64,000 bases of DNA from Antechinus flavipes (Eukaryota). This document shows positions 14,375-29,510 of this stretch, one piece after another. Below the pieces are notes generated by a model. That model saw nothing but the letters and a program-made list of their open reading frames with translations, made no database searches and had not been told where the DNA came from. A program made the position numbers and the translations under genes. Within the stretch, counting starts at the first letter, position 1. Each line of letters begins with the position of its first letter. Where the stretch lies: contig NC_067399.1 in NCBI RefSeq assembly GCF_016432865.1, forward strand, positions 495,070,001 to 495,134,000, written 5' to 3'.

Positions 14375-15002
14375 GAAGAAGAATAGTGATAATGAGTATA
14401 TTTTCTTCACTTCTGATCTTATTGGGAAGGCTTCTAGCTTATCCCCATTAAATATAATGCTTAGATAGTGCTACCATTTTAAGTTCCATTTATTCCTATT
14501 ATCTTTAGTATTTTTTTAAGCTTTTTATTTTCAAAATATATGTATGAATAGTTTTTAGATTGGAATTAGTCTAAATCATCTTTTCCTGTCATTTTAGCCA
14601 ATCTAAGAGGTGTGTAGTGATACCTCAGAATTACCTTAATTTGCATTTCTCTAATCAATAGTGATTTAGAGCATTTTTCATATGACTAGAAATGATTTTA
14701 ATTTCTTCATCTGAAAATTGTCTGTTCATATCCTTTGACCATTTATCAACTGGAGAATGGCTTGTATTATAAATTTGAGTCATTTATTTATATTTTAGAA
14801 ATGAGGCTTTTATCAGAACCCTTGGATGTAAAATGTTTTCTCCAGTTTTCTGCTTCCCTTCTAATCTTGTCTGCATTTGATGGTTTTGATTATATAAAAC
14901 CTTTTTAACTTAATATAATCAAAATGACAATTTTGCATTTCACAATGTACTCTAGTTCTTTTGCCATGATTTTTAATATTTTTAATAGGAATAGGTGCTA
15001 TA

Positions 15003-15991
15003 TCAGATTGGCTAAGATGACAGGAATAGATAATGATCAATTTTGGAGGGGAAAACTGGGATATTAATGCATTGTTGGTGGAGTTATGAAATGATCCAAC
15101 CTTTCTGGAGAGCAGTTTGGAACTATGCCCAAAGAGTTATGAAACTGTCCATCCATCCGTCTCTGCTGAGTCTATATCATAAAACAAGGAAAACATGTGC
15201 AAAAATGTTGGTAGCTGTCCTTTGTATAGTGAGTGACAAAGAACTGGAAATTTAAATGGATGCCCATCAATTAGAGAATGGCTGAATAAGTTAAGATATA
15301 TGAATATAATGGAATATTATTGTTCTATAAGAAATGATAAGCAACTTATTTTGTATTTACTTTATACTTTAACATATTTAACATGTATTGGTCATCCTGC
15401 CATTTAGGGGAGGGGATGGGGGAAGGAGGGGAAAAATTGGAACAAAAGGTTTGGCAGTTGTCAATGCTATAAAATTACCCATACATATAACTTGTAAATA
15501 AAAAGCTATTTAAAAAAACAAACAAACAAGGAAATGAAAAAGAAATGATAAGCAGGCTGATTTTAGAAAAGCTTGTAGAGACATGAAATGATATTAAGTG
15601 AAGTGAACAGAAACAAAAGAACATGGTACATAGTAACAAGATTATATAATGATCAACTGTGATAGAAAATGCCATTCTCATCCAGAGAGAACTATGTAAA
15701 CTGAATGTGGATCAAAGTATAGTATTTTTATCTTTTTATAATTGTAGTTATTGTTTCTTTCTCATGTTTTTTCCCCTTTTGAGCAAATTTTTCTTATACA
15801 ATGTATAGAATATGGAAATGTGTTTAGAAGAATTGTACCTGTTTAACTTATATAGGATTGTTTGCTGTCAGGGGTGGGGTGGTGGTGGTGGTGAGGTAAG
15901 GAGTTGGGGGGAGATTTGGAACAAAGTTTTTTTTTTCAAAGGTAAATGTTGAAAACTATCTTTGCCTGTATTTGGAAAAATACAATGAAGT
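15003..15991 (+). mobile_element. L1 ORF2-end plus 3' UTR fragment carrying a nested 196-bp L1 (15344-15539)
   Basis: Outer TSD ataggtgct(a/g)ta at 14991-15002 and 15992-16003; inner perfect TSD aagaaatgataagca at 15329-15343 and 15540-15554. Confidence 0.78.
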
Positions 15992-17689
15992 ATAGGTGCT
16001 GTATTTTGTCAAAGTTTTTTCTTCATCTATTGAGATAATCATATGATTTCTGTTAGTTTTGTTATTGATACGGTCAATTATGCTGATAATTTTCTTAATA
16101 TTGAACCAGTCCTGCATTGTTGGGGAGTTTTTTAGTTTATTTTTAATAGTATATTATTTTTCCAAATACAGAAAGATAGTTTTAAATATTCACCTTTGCA
16201 AAATCTTGTGTTCTAACCTTTTTTCCCTCTCTGCTCCCTTTCCCCCTCCTCAAGATAACAAGCAATCGGATATGGGTTAAATATGTATAATTTTTCTAAA
16301 CATGTTTTCATGTTTGTCATGCTGAGCAAGAAAAATCAGATCAAAAGTTTAAAAAAAAAACACCATAAGCAAACAAACAACAACAACAAAAAAAGATGAA
16401 AATACTATGCTTTGATACACATTCAATCTCAATAATTCTCTCTCTAGATACAAATGGTACTTTCCATCTCAATATTGGAATTACCTTGAATCACCTCATT
16501 GTTAAAAAAAACCAAGTCCATCACAGTTGATCACCACAAAATCTTGTTACTGTGTACAATGTTCTCTTGGTTCTTTATTTTTTCTTCTGTTAATCGTGGC
16601 AATTTACATTTTTGTAAATATTCATCCATTTCACTTAGATTGTCAGATTGTCAGTTGAGCAAGAGTTTCTAATTATTGTTTTAATTTCCTTTTCATTGGA
16701 GTTGAATTCACTCTTTTCTTTTTCTATATATTAATTTGTGTTTTTTTTTTGTTTAATTAACCAAAGATTTATCTATTTTATTGTTTTTTCCTAAAACAAG
16801 CTTAGTTTTATATATTAGTTCCAGAGTTTTCGTACTTTCAGTTTTATTACTCTTTCCTTTGATTTACGGAATTTCTTATTTGATATTGAGGATTTTTTTT
16901 CTAGCCTTTTTAATTGCATGCCCACTTCATTAATCTTTTTTTCTATTTCATTCATGTAAGCATTTAGAGATACAAAATTTTCCCTAAGAACTGCTTTGGC
17001 TGCATCCCATAAATTTTGGTATATTTTCTTGTTATCATTGTTCTCTTTGATGAAATTATTATTTCTATGATTTGTTATTTGATTCCCTCATTATTTAATA
17101 TTAGATCACCTATTTTCTAATTAGTTTTCAATGTCTTTCCATGGCCCTTTACTACATGTAATATTTATTGTATCATGTCCTCAGTTTTCTAGATGAGGAA
17201 TCTGAGGCTTAAAGAAATAGAGTGATATGTTCAAGGTTACAAAACTAGTAAGTTGAAGAGCAAGACTTGAACCTAGCTTTCCTGAGTCCAGTATTCTTTG
17301 CATTGTATCTTAAAACATTGTCTGTAACCTTAAGGAAACTCATGACAATAATATTAATATAGAGATGTTGAAAGGAGATAACATTAATTAGTAGTGTTAC
17401 CAATGGATCCAGTGAGAAAATTAGTTATGAGGAATTTATTGTAAAACCATGAGATAAAAAGGTTGTGGGTTAAAACTAGTATTTAGGATTGCAGGAAACC
17501 TCTACTACCATCACCACCACCACCTTCTCCATTTCCCCAAGGTAGTAACGGAGTTGGAATTCAAGAGCAGTGCCTGACCATATAGTATTTTCCCATCATA
17601 TCACCCTATGCATTAGAAATAGAAAAGGGACAAATCTGGGCAGAGGGTGAGGGAGGGAGTTATAAGAAGAATATTTAGAATGTGATTAT

Positions 17690-20214
17690 GGGGAAGATTT
17701 GTGGGAATATGGCAGAACAGGTCAGAAAATTTCAAATTCTCCAGATTTCTCCCATAAACAGAATAAATTTGTGCCTCAGGGTGAACCTAGACTGATGAAA
17801 AACAAAGAAGACTTGGGACAGATCGAGGGTCCAACCTGAGAAGACCAGAAGAAAGACCTCAAGACGGAGATTAACCAGTATGAAGTGCAAACACCTCCAG
17901 GTTAGCTCCATAGAAATAGGAAGTGGGGAACTCTGCGGCTAGCTGGGTTCTACTGGAGCCTCAGCTAGAATCACAGGAATTTTCACCTCCCAGGGTGGGG
18001 AATCAGGGTTTGAGTCTGGGAAGATGGAGGGAACTTCTGCAAAGATGTGGCCCTGAGTAGGCAGGAACCAGTACACCCAGTGAATGCAGAAGCAGTGGGG
18101 CAGAGATGCTTGTTGCTATGGGCACTTGCAGGAGGGTGGAGCTTTTGCTTTGGGACTCTAGGTCAGAGGGAAGAATTGAAGTGAAGCTAGAGGCATCAAC
18201 TCCCCAAACCCAGGATTGGAGATGCTTACACTAGTAGTTCAAGCAAAGAAGAAAGAACCCAACCATAGAAACTTAAAATGGGAATAGGAAAGAAAGGGAT
18301 TCATCTTTAGAGGATAGTTAAGTTAAGAGTAAGGTTAAATGGCTACCTTTCCAAAAAGAATTTATAGAACTCCTCAAAAAAGACTTTAAAAATCAAGTGA
18401 CAGAGATTGAAGAAAAACTTAAAAACAAAACAAAACAAAACCAAAAAAGAAAAACAAGAAAATTATTGAAAAAAAAAAACTAGAAAAGGAGATAGAGTCT
18501 TAAAGAGGAAAAGCATTCTTTAAAAATTAGAACTGGGCAAGGGAAAGCCAGTGAAGTGTAAGAGACCACCAATTATTTAAAGAATGAAAAAATAGTACAG
18601 AATGTGAAACATAAGAAAAACAACAGGTCTGGAAAACAGATCAAGAAAAGAAAATATAAGAATAATTAGACTACCTGAAACCTGTAATCAAAAAAAGAAC
18701 CTTGACACAATAATGCAAGAAATCATCAAAGAAAATTGCCCTGGAGTGATAAAAGACAAGGGGAAAATGGAAATAGAAAAAAAATTCTGCTCAAAGAGAT
18801 CCTTTATGGAAAACACATAAGAACAATGTTGCCAAATTTCAAAACCCTAAGATCAAAAAGAAAATTTTGCAAGAAACAAAAAATTCAAATATGCTGAAGC
18901 TACAATTAAAATTGTACAGAATTTATCAACAGCCACAATAAAAGACTGCATGTGCCAGAATGATATATATTGACAATCAAAAGAACTTGGCCTAAATTTT
19001 AAAAAAAAAGAAAGAAAGAAAGAACTTGACCTGTGGCCTAAATTATCATATTCAGCAAGTTATACATAACATTGAATGAAAAAAAAAAATGGATATTCAA
19101 TGAACTTGTAGATTTTTAGAACTTAGTTTCTGCTAAACCCAAACTTAATACAAAATTTAACACCTAAGAGCCAATATCAAAGACTAATTTAGAGGAACTC
19201 AACATGGTTTAAATTTGACATGAGTAATTGGGTTACTCAAAAGAAAGATTGGGACAGAGTTGGTATGATGATTCTAAAAGACAAAACTGTCTAGGAAAAG
19301 GTAAAAGTAATAATTATGTTATACAAATGAGGTTCAAAGGAAAAACCAATAGGAAGGCATTGTGAGGGAAAGGGGAAAGAGGGCTTATAGTTCTGAAAAC
19401 CTATTTATACCAGGAATGGATTAAATAAGGAACACTACATATATATACTACAAAAGGAATATATAGCACCTTCCAAAATCTATAAAGAAATAAGGGAAGA
19501 AGGAATAGGATAAATGGGATATAGAAAAATATGTAGATTTATGCCAGTGGGACAAGATATGTAGATAAATGGGCAAGGAAGAAAAGGGGGAGAAAGAAAA
19601 GCATTGGATAAGGTGGGTAACAGGAGAGTGTTTAGATTAACAGGAGTGGGATAAACTATGTAGCTTAATGGGAATCAGAATGGGAAGGAAAGGGTGGGGA
19701 GAGGTTAAGTAGTAACAAGGCAAGTTAAGGAGAAGAATTAAAATAGAAGAGTTAGTAGTTATAAGAAATAAGAGATATACTAACATTACAACAAAAATTA
19801 AGAATAGAATTTATTAGAAAAAAATAGGGCTAGTGATCATTGATCTTAGACAGTCATACTTAAAGATTCAATCAAGAGAAATCTACATACTATAACAGCC
19901 ATATTAATATTGTTTTAGATGCATATATCTATGCTTAACTGTAGCCTGCTTGGGGAGGTAAGAGGGCATGAAAAGGGTGGGGGAAGTAAAAAATGCACAA
20001 TATAGAACAAAAGAATAATGTACAAGAAAATATGGACACTCATAAATATAATTTCTTCTATTATTACATATGCTTTCTTGAAGTGGGAATTTATTAAATA
20101 TTTTTAATCTTCCCTGATATTCTGCTGGGCACATGACAATGTTTTGTTTATTTTCCTTTTCTGTCATTTTCTATTCTGTTTTTTCTTATTTTGTATTTAG
20201 TTCAATTAAAAAAA
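17690..20214 (+). mobile_element. HAL1-like (half-L1) element: 5' UTR, decayed ORF1, no recognisable ORF2, A tail
   Basis: ORF1 motif LENRSRKENIRIIRLPE..NLDTIMQEIIKENCP from 18629, then KWIFNELVDF..KPKLNTKF near 19090-19160. ATTAAA plus A tail at 20205-20216. TSD-like aatgtgat at 17679-17686 and 20215-20222. Confidence 0.68.
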
Positions 20215-21463
20215 AATGTGATGACAGGTTAGCTGAAAAGGAGATGAAAGAAAAAGGAATTGAATGCTGTAGAATATTAAAACTGGATGGACTCATCATA
20301 TATAGGGTGCTAGAGTTAGAAGGGATTTTAATGATCATCTATTCCAACTCCCATCATTTTAAGAAGAAAAGAACTGAGACCCAAAGAGAGGAAGAGACTT
20401 AGTTCTTCTCATACCTTTAAAAAAAAAATTACTAGGCAATATCTATCTTGTCTAACAAGGTCACATGATTTGTTAGCAAATAATTCCAAGGCTTTTAATT
20501 AGGGAGAACAGCGGTTTCCTTCACAAACAGGGATCTTCTTGGAAAGAGCCGTTAAGCTTATTTGGCCAGTAATTTTGAGCCTTTCTTCTTGGCTTTATCA
20601 ATAGGCTTTTTAATAGCCTCATCAACTATGTGATGTCCATAAATGGTATTTATAGAAGATGCAGGCATCTTTCAACTCTTGCTCCATCCACCCTAGTGAT
20701 GCCAATCTAGGCACATCCTGTTTTTCTTAGTTTTGTTTACAGCTAGGCTCAAAACCTGCCTTGCTGAGTGTCTGCAACTGGGAGGGTAAAATGCTTTGGC
20801 CTTCATTGCAAGTAGTTGCAAGTATGTGTGGTAATAATACTCTCAAAAAGGGGGTGTATGGCCAGCTCCACCCACCAATTGTCTTTGATTCATAAGAGTT
20901 GCAAGGGACCTCAGTTCTTGTTTAACCTGTACCCAAACAAGAATCCTCTTTACCTCATCCCTGACAGGTGATCATCTGCCCTTCACTTGAAAGCTTCAAG
21001 TGAGGAAAGAATTAGCTACTTGCTAATGCATCCCATCCTACTATTTAACAGCTCAAGTGGTTTGGACAGTTTTCCTTATAATAAACTGAAGTGCATTTAT
21101 GACCCCATTGATGTGGGTATTCTCTCCCATGATGTCAATTGCATTTCATCAATGTTTATTTTATATAACTTATTTTTAATCTCTCAGGAATTCACCATTG
21201 AGGTCTTACATGGTGGAGACCTTCCCCACTTTCTCTTGACATCAAAAGGATATCGGTGGACAATGATTATTCTATGTGACAGTCTACTTTTTAAATCTTA
21301 TGTTGCTTTTATAATGTTCTTAATCTTTCTTCTCCTTTTAATTCCATGTCCATGATGTATTTTTCTTTTTCCTTCTGGGTGATCCTCATTTTCATTCTTC
21401 AGAAATGGTGGAGTTCATTAACTGGAAACCCATACAGCAGTACTCTAAGAATATTGAGTTTTT

Positions 21464-22849
21464 TTTTTATTTTTTTATTTTTTTTTTATTTTTTTAATTT
21501 TTATTTAATAATTACTTTATATTGACAGAATCCATGCCAGGGTAATTTTTTTTACAACATTATCCCTTGCACTCATTTCTGTTCCGATTTTTCCCCTCCT
21601 TCCCTCCACCCCCTCCCCTAGATGGCAAGCAGTCCTATATATGTTGGATATGTTGCAGTATATCCTAGATACAATATATGTTTGCAGAACCGAACAGTTC
21701 TCTTGTTGCTCAGGGAGAATTGGATTCAGAAGGTATAAATAACCCGGGAAGAAAAACAAAAATGTAGATCACATTCGTTTCCCAGTGTTCTTTCTTTGGG
21801 TGTAGCTGCTTCTGTCCGTCATTTATCAATTGAAACTCAGGTCTCTTTGTCAAAGAAATCCACTTTCATCAAAATATATCCTCATACAATATCGTTGTTG
21901 AAGTATATAATGATCTTCTAGTTCTGCTCATTTCACTTAGCATCAGTTCATGTAAGTCTCGCCAGTCCTCTCTGTATTCATCCTGCTGGTCATTTCTTAC
22001 AGAACAATAATATTCCATAACATTCATATACCACAATTTACCCAGCCATTCTCCAATTGATGGGCATCCATTCATTTTCCAGTTTCTAGCCACTACAAAT
22101 AGGGCTGCTACAAACATTTTGGCACATACAGGTCCCTTTCCCTTCTTGAGTATTTCTTTGGGATATAAGCCCAATAGAAACACTGCTGGGTCAAAGGGTA
22201 TGCACAATTTGATAACTTTTTGGGCATAATTCCAGATTGCTCTCCAGAATGGTTGGATTCGTTCACAACTCCACCAACAATGCATCAGTGTCCCAGTTTT
22301 CCCGCATCCCCTCCAACATTCATATTATTTTTTCCTGTCATCTTAGCCAATCTGACAGGTGTGTAGTGGTATCTCAGAGTTGTCTTAATTTGCATTTCTC
22401 TGATCAATAATGATTTGGAACACTCTTTCATATGAGTGGTAATAGTTTCAATTTCTTCCTCTGAAAATTGTCTGTTCATATCCTTTGACCATTTATCAAT
22501 TGGAGAATGGCTTGATTTCTTATAAATTTGAGTCAGTTCTCTATATATTTTGGAAATGAGGCCTTTATCAGAACCTTTAACTGTGAAGATGTTTTCCCAG
22601 TTTGTTGCTTCCCTTCTAATCTTGTTTGCATTAGTTTTGTTTGTACAAAGGCCTTTTAATTTGAAGTAATCAAAATTTTCTATTTTGTGATCAGTAATGG
22701 TCTCTAGTTCATCTTTGGTCACAAATTTCTTTCTCCTCCACAAGTCTGAGAGATAAACTATCCTGTGTTCCTCTAATTTATTTATAATCTCGTTCTTTAT
22801 GCCTAGGTCATGGACCCATTTTGATCTTATCTTGGTATATGGTGTTAAA
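21464..22849 (-). mobile_element. Young 5'-truncated L1 (ORF2 C-terminus plus 3' UTR plus A tail)
   Basis: 14-bp TSD aatattgagttttt at 21450-21463 and 22850-22863; TTTT/AAAA endonuclease site; ORF2 pieces 22285-22743 and 21869-22285 separated by a frameshift. Confidence 0.92.
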
Positions 22850-22930
22850 AATATTGAGTTTTTAAAAAGAGGTCTTTGTTCCAGGGGTCATTCCAAGTAC
22901 TTTATAGTTTATCAAAAATAATCTAGCCTA

Positions 22931-23566
22931 TTTGTGGCAGCCCTCTTTGTAGTGGCCAGAAACTGGATAATGGCTGATTAAATTGTGGTATAATGAATAT
23001 TATGGAATATCATTATTCGGTAAAAAACGACCAATAGGATGATTTCAGAAAGGCCTGGAGAGACTTACATGAACTGATGCTGAGTGAAATGAGCAGGACC
23101 AGGAGATCATCATATACTTCAACAACAATACTATATGATGATCAATTCTGATAGACATGGCTATCTTCAGCAATGAGATGAACCAAATCAGTTCTAGTGG
23201 AGCAGTAATGAATTGAACCAGCTACACCCAGGGAAAGAACTCTGGGAGATGACTAAGAACCATTACATAGAATTCCCAATCCCTATATTTTTGCCCGCCT
23301 ATATTTTTGATTTCCTTCACAGGCTAATTGTACACTATTGCAGAGTCCGATTCTTTTGTATAGCAAAATAACTGTTTGGACATGTATACTTATTTTGCAT
23401 TTAATTTATACTTTAACATATTTAACATGTATTGGTCAACCTGCCATCCAGGGGAGGGGGTGGGGGGGAAGGAGGGGAAAAATTGGAACAAAAGGTTTGG
23501 CAATTGTCAATGCTGTAAAATTACCCATACATATAACTTGTAAATAAAAAGCTATTTAAAAAAATA
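22931..23566 (+). mobile_element. 5'-truncated L1 of a second subfamily
   Basis: 14-bp TSD aataatctagccta at 22917-22930 and 23567-23580; 3' end ttacccatacatataacttgtaaataaaaagctatt. Confidence 0.88.
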
Positions 23567-24741
23567 ATAATCTAGCCTACTCTTAGGTTTTCAGTTCTGG
23601 GTTCAACTTAAGATCCTTTTATGATAGAAAAGAGAGTGCTTGGAAAGATAGAGGATCATAGATGTAAAGCTGTCAGGAATGTTAGAGGCCTTTCTTCAAG
23701 CCCAAGCCCTTAAATTGAAATGTGAATAAACTGAGGGATGCCTTACCCAGGGCACAAACCTGATAAATGTCTTAGGATTTGCCTAGATCTTTTTGACTCC
23801 AAGTTAAATGATATATTCAGTATGTCATACTGTTTCTCTGTGTGCATGTACATATGTGTCTGCATGTATGTATTCATAAATACACTGAGGAATGAACTAT
23901 ATTCGCCCAACTAAATTGTTGAACTCTACCTCTCTGCAATTGATCCTTATTATTTCTCATTCCAATCCTGTGCATTTCCCCTGGCTGTCCTCCATTCTTG
24001 GAATGTCCTTCCTTGTCTCCACTTCCTGACTTCCTTGGCTTCTTTCAAGCTTAACTCAAATCTTCCCTTCTGCTAGATGCCTTATCTTCCTCCATGTTAA
24101 TATCTTCTCTTTGAGATTACTGAATCTTTTGTGTACATAATTTGTATATTATCTCCCTAATTAGATCATGAGCTCTTTGAGAGCAGAGAATAGGTTGGGA
24201 TTTGTTTGTTTGGAGGAGGAAGGATTGTCTTTCTAAAGGAAAGTATGCAAGAAATACATTTTAGTTTCTAAAGCCTGAATATATGATTGCACTGTGTTTA
24301 GTACACAGTAATCATCAATGCCTATGAAAATTGCTTCTTGAGACCTTTGAAAATAAATAGAATGTTAATTTAGCAAGCATTTGCTATGAATGCCTGTAAG
24401 TATACCTTTGTTACAGAAAATACAAAGATGATTAAGACATTATCTATGTCCTCGTGATGTTTAGTCTAAGGTTAATACACAGTACAATAAATTAAATGTG
24501 TAGTAATAATTATAGTATAGCGTGTCTAGCATAGGAGAGTGCTGTGTAAATTTAAAAGAAAAAAGTTTTTTTGCTGGAGTCATCAAGAAAAGCTTCCTAG
24601 GAGAGTAAGCATTGGAACCAGGACTTGAAAGAAGAGTAATATTTCAACAGACTTGGGAAGATAGTGCTTTAGTCACAGAAAACAGTAAAAGCAAAGACAC
24701 AAAGGTGGGAAAGTCCTAGATATTGTGAAGGGCAACAAGTA

Positions 24742-25090
24742 CAGTCAGTCCTCAATATTCAAAGGCTTAACTTTTTCATCTTCAAGCACTTGCAAAATTT
24801 TATTCATAACTTCATTTTCACTTTTGTATTAGCAACCCTAAACATTCCAATCTACATATAGTAAAGGAAAATGAGAGGCAAAATGGATGAAAGTTTGTGG
24901 AGCAGCCTGGTAAAATTTTACTAGGCACTTCACTGGTCTTTTTTGCCCTTTTGTTCTAAAGACAGCTCCTCACATTCATTGTATATTTTCATTGTTTACC
25001 ATTAAAACTCAAGTTTTGTGTTTTAATTATGCCCTCAAAGAGTAGTGCATGTCCTTTGGGCACTAAGTTCAAATGTGCAAAGTCACTGAT
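24742..25090. mobile_element. Possible Tigger-like (Tc1/mariner) DNA transposon relic
   Basis: TA followed by CAGTCAGTCCTC resembles a Tigger-type TIR; right end not clearly seen. Confidence 0.3.
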
Positions 25091-26977
25091 ATCACTTAGG
25101 GAGGGAAAAAAAAGCGTTAGATAAACTTGCCAGAATGTTTGTGGCTACCATTAGCCCTGAGTTTGGTATTTGTTGTGATACTAGAGCCACTTGCCAAGTG
25201 GCTGTTGGAGGTCTAAATCTCTTTATGTGAGAGGATGATGATTGACAGCTATGGAGGTTCTCAGACTTGTCCTGCCCCTTCACTTAGATATGGTCCTTAA
25301 CAGATGTTAATGAATCAAAAATTCATTTATCTCCACAAAATGAGAAAATATTTGTGGTATTATAGATTTCATGTGTTATATAAAGTGATTATTGTCAAAA
25401 GTCAATTAGGTTTTTTTTGTTGTTGTTGTTATTTTTTTAAAGAATTATACGCAGAAAAGTGGTCACCACAATCTTAATCTCCTGTTTCCCAAAGATTAAA
25501 TGTATCAACATTCAAGTTTTTGACTTTCATACCATTTTCTAGCAATTCTACCCTTGCAAAAGTTAAGGATTGGCTATATTGCTGGTTAGCTAAAGTGTAA
25601 CAAAAGTGAAGGCAATAGAGTAAGAGAAGGTAGAAAATGTAGAGTTTACCATATAGCAGAAGATCTTGAATATCATGCTAAGGAGTTTGAACAAGGTAAT
25701 GTATGATTAAATTATTAAAAGTATCCTTAATTCACAAAAAAGAAGAGTCTCCTTATAGCAGGGGTTTACTAGGAGCCTGGTATTTGAAATAATTAGATAA
25801 GATCTGGATGTGTGGAAGAGGGAGTTTCTGTGACCAGGATTGGGATTCCCCGTAATCCTTATAAAATAGTTTTCCATATTTAGAGAGGAAAGATGGTGAC
25901 TCCAGAGGGAAATAAAGAGTGAGAAAATAGGCAGATAATCAATAGCATTGATCATAATACTTTTACTTGTGCATATTCCTTGATTGTATGATCCCCTGCT
26001 TTGAGCCTTGTGACCAAATCTTCAGTAGCCACAGATCAACAGAAATTAAATGAAGGATCCCATAGAAAGTAAAAGATTGAGAATTACTATATTCTATACT
26101 ATATCAAGAGAATTAGAGATAGGTCCACACTGGGCTCAGTGGATTTTTTGTGTGAAATCATATATAGCATTAGAAGGCTTGGATGGGATGGGGTCTATAC
26201 TATCAAAGGGAAGAACTAAAATTTACAGCTAAAGAAGCTTAAGATCTAAATGGTAAAGTGACCTATCCACAGTGACAGAGCCAATATGTGAGATATCAGA
26301 GCTGAGACTCAAAACTGGTTTAGCATCTTTGAAAGGGATATGAGGAAATGAGTCAGAAATTTCATGTCCTTGGCCTGGTTTTAGACGATAGAACTAGAAT
26401 CAATGGGTGGAAGATACAAGGAAAAAGATTTTAGCTTCATAAAAAAGAAAGCCTTCCTTTCTATTTGGGTTGTCCCAAAGTAGAATCATCTGCCCCAGAA
26501 AGAATTAAGTTCCTTGTTCTAGAAGTCTATGAGCTATATATCTCTCTGGCAGTGATGATAAAGAAAATTGAGTCTTGAGGTGGGAAATAACCTGGATGAT
26601 CTATGAAGTCCTTCCTGCTCTTAAGTTTCTAGAATTGTTTCTATCATAGCACATTATATCGTACTAATAAGAACTAATGGGTTTTACTTCTCTGTACCTC
26701 AGGGTTTGTTTGGGTTTGTTTGTTTGTTATTTTGTTTTGATTTGTTTGGGCAAGCTTAGACTAACATCTCTAAAATTTCTTCTAGTTCCTAGCCTTCTGT
26801 ATCATAACTGCATCAGCACTATTTGTTTATACTTTCAATGCCACTGACTCTATACATTAGCTGGGCCATCTCTCTTTACTTTCATATTGCTTGATGTTGC
26901 TTCTTCAGTTCTTTGACTGCCCTCCTAGGATTTCCTAGGGTGTTGCATCCTTGATTTTTAGATGTAAGGAAATCTAA

Positions 26978-29014
<2,037 letters not shown>

Positions 29015-29504
29015 GGCCCCTAATAAAGCCAAAGACCTCTTTAGAAAGGAGAACAGGAGTGGGACTAGCACACACCAAAGCCCCTCCTTTCTTGTTTTGT
29101 CTTGTTTCATCTCTTATCTAATTCCAGGCAGGGCAATTGATGAATTGAGGGATGAGACCCTACTTGTCCTTAGTTGGTCAGTACCACTAGTGTGTCTGTG
29201 CCCTTATAGCTGGGACTAGAAGTTGGGCTGGCCCTCAGGATTCGGAAAGGGCCTAAATGCCCTATTCCTTTTCTTGTCATCCTTCTTGTCCCCAAGGTTG
29301 AATGTGTTCATAGTTGTGTTCCTGTTGAGGGATTTCTTACACAGGTCTGTTCCTACCCACTCTGAGGCTGAAACTCCTATTTCTCCAGATAGATCTACTT
29401 TGGGACCTAGCAAGGGAGTTGTTCAGAAAAGGAAAAAAGGTAGTTTCTGGATATTGCTGCTATACAGAGATTCTGTCACTATACCTGTCCTTTTTTGCAA
29501 CATT

Positions 29505-29510
29505 AATAAA
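29505..29510 (+). terminator. Candidate ZSWIM3 distal poly(A) signal (proximal AATAAA at 29022-29027)
   Basis: AATAAA followed by T-rich sequence. Confidence 0.6.

Larger units (their letters stand above)
10190..17170 (-). mobile_element. Cluster of nested, decayed LINE-1 fragments (mostly minus strand)
   Basis: Repeated L1 3' UTR and ORF2 C-terminal segments; remnant ORFs such as 10601-10825 (CWCSCELIQSFLRTTWNYAQ..FDPAMPLLGLYPKE) and 15043-15255. Confidence 0.88.

Noticed and set aside
14520-15330. Apparent twin-priming (5'-inverted) L1
   Set aside because: The two arms are separated by host-L1 sequence and each has its own TSD-like flanks, so they are independent insertions.
20432-20860. 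Protein-like minus-strand frame (..MPASSINTIYGHHIVDEAIKKPIDKAKKKGSKLLAK..), a possible second retrocopy
   Set aside because: Six internal stops in about 143 codons is close to chance for this composition, and I recognise no homologue; BLASTX would settle it.
21869-22743. 138-aa and 152-aa ORFs as possible genes
   Set aside because: Frameshifted L1 ORF2 C-terminus inside a TSD-flanked truncated L1.
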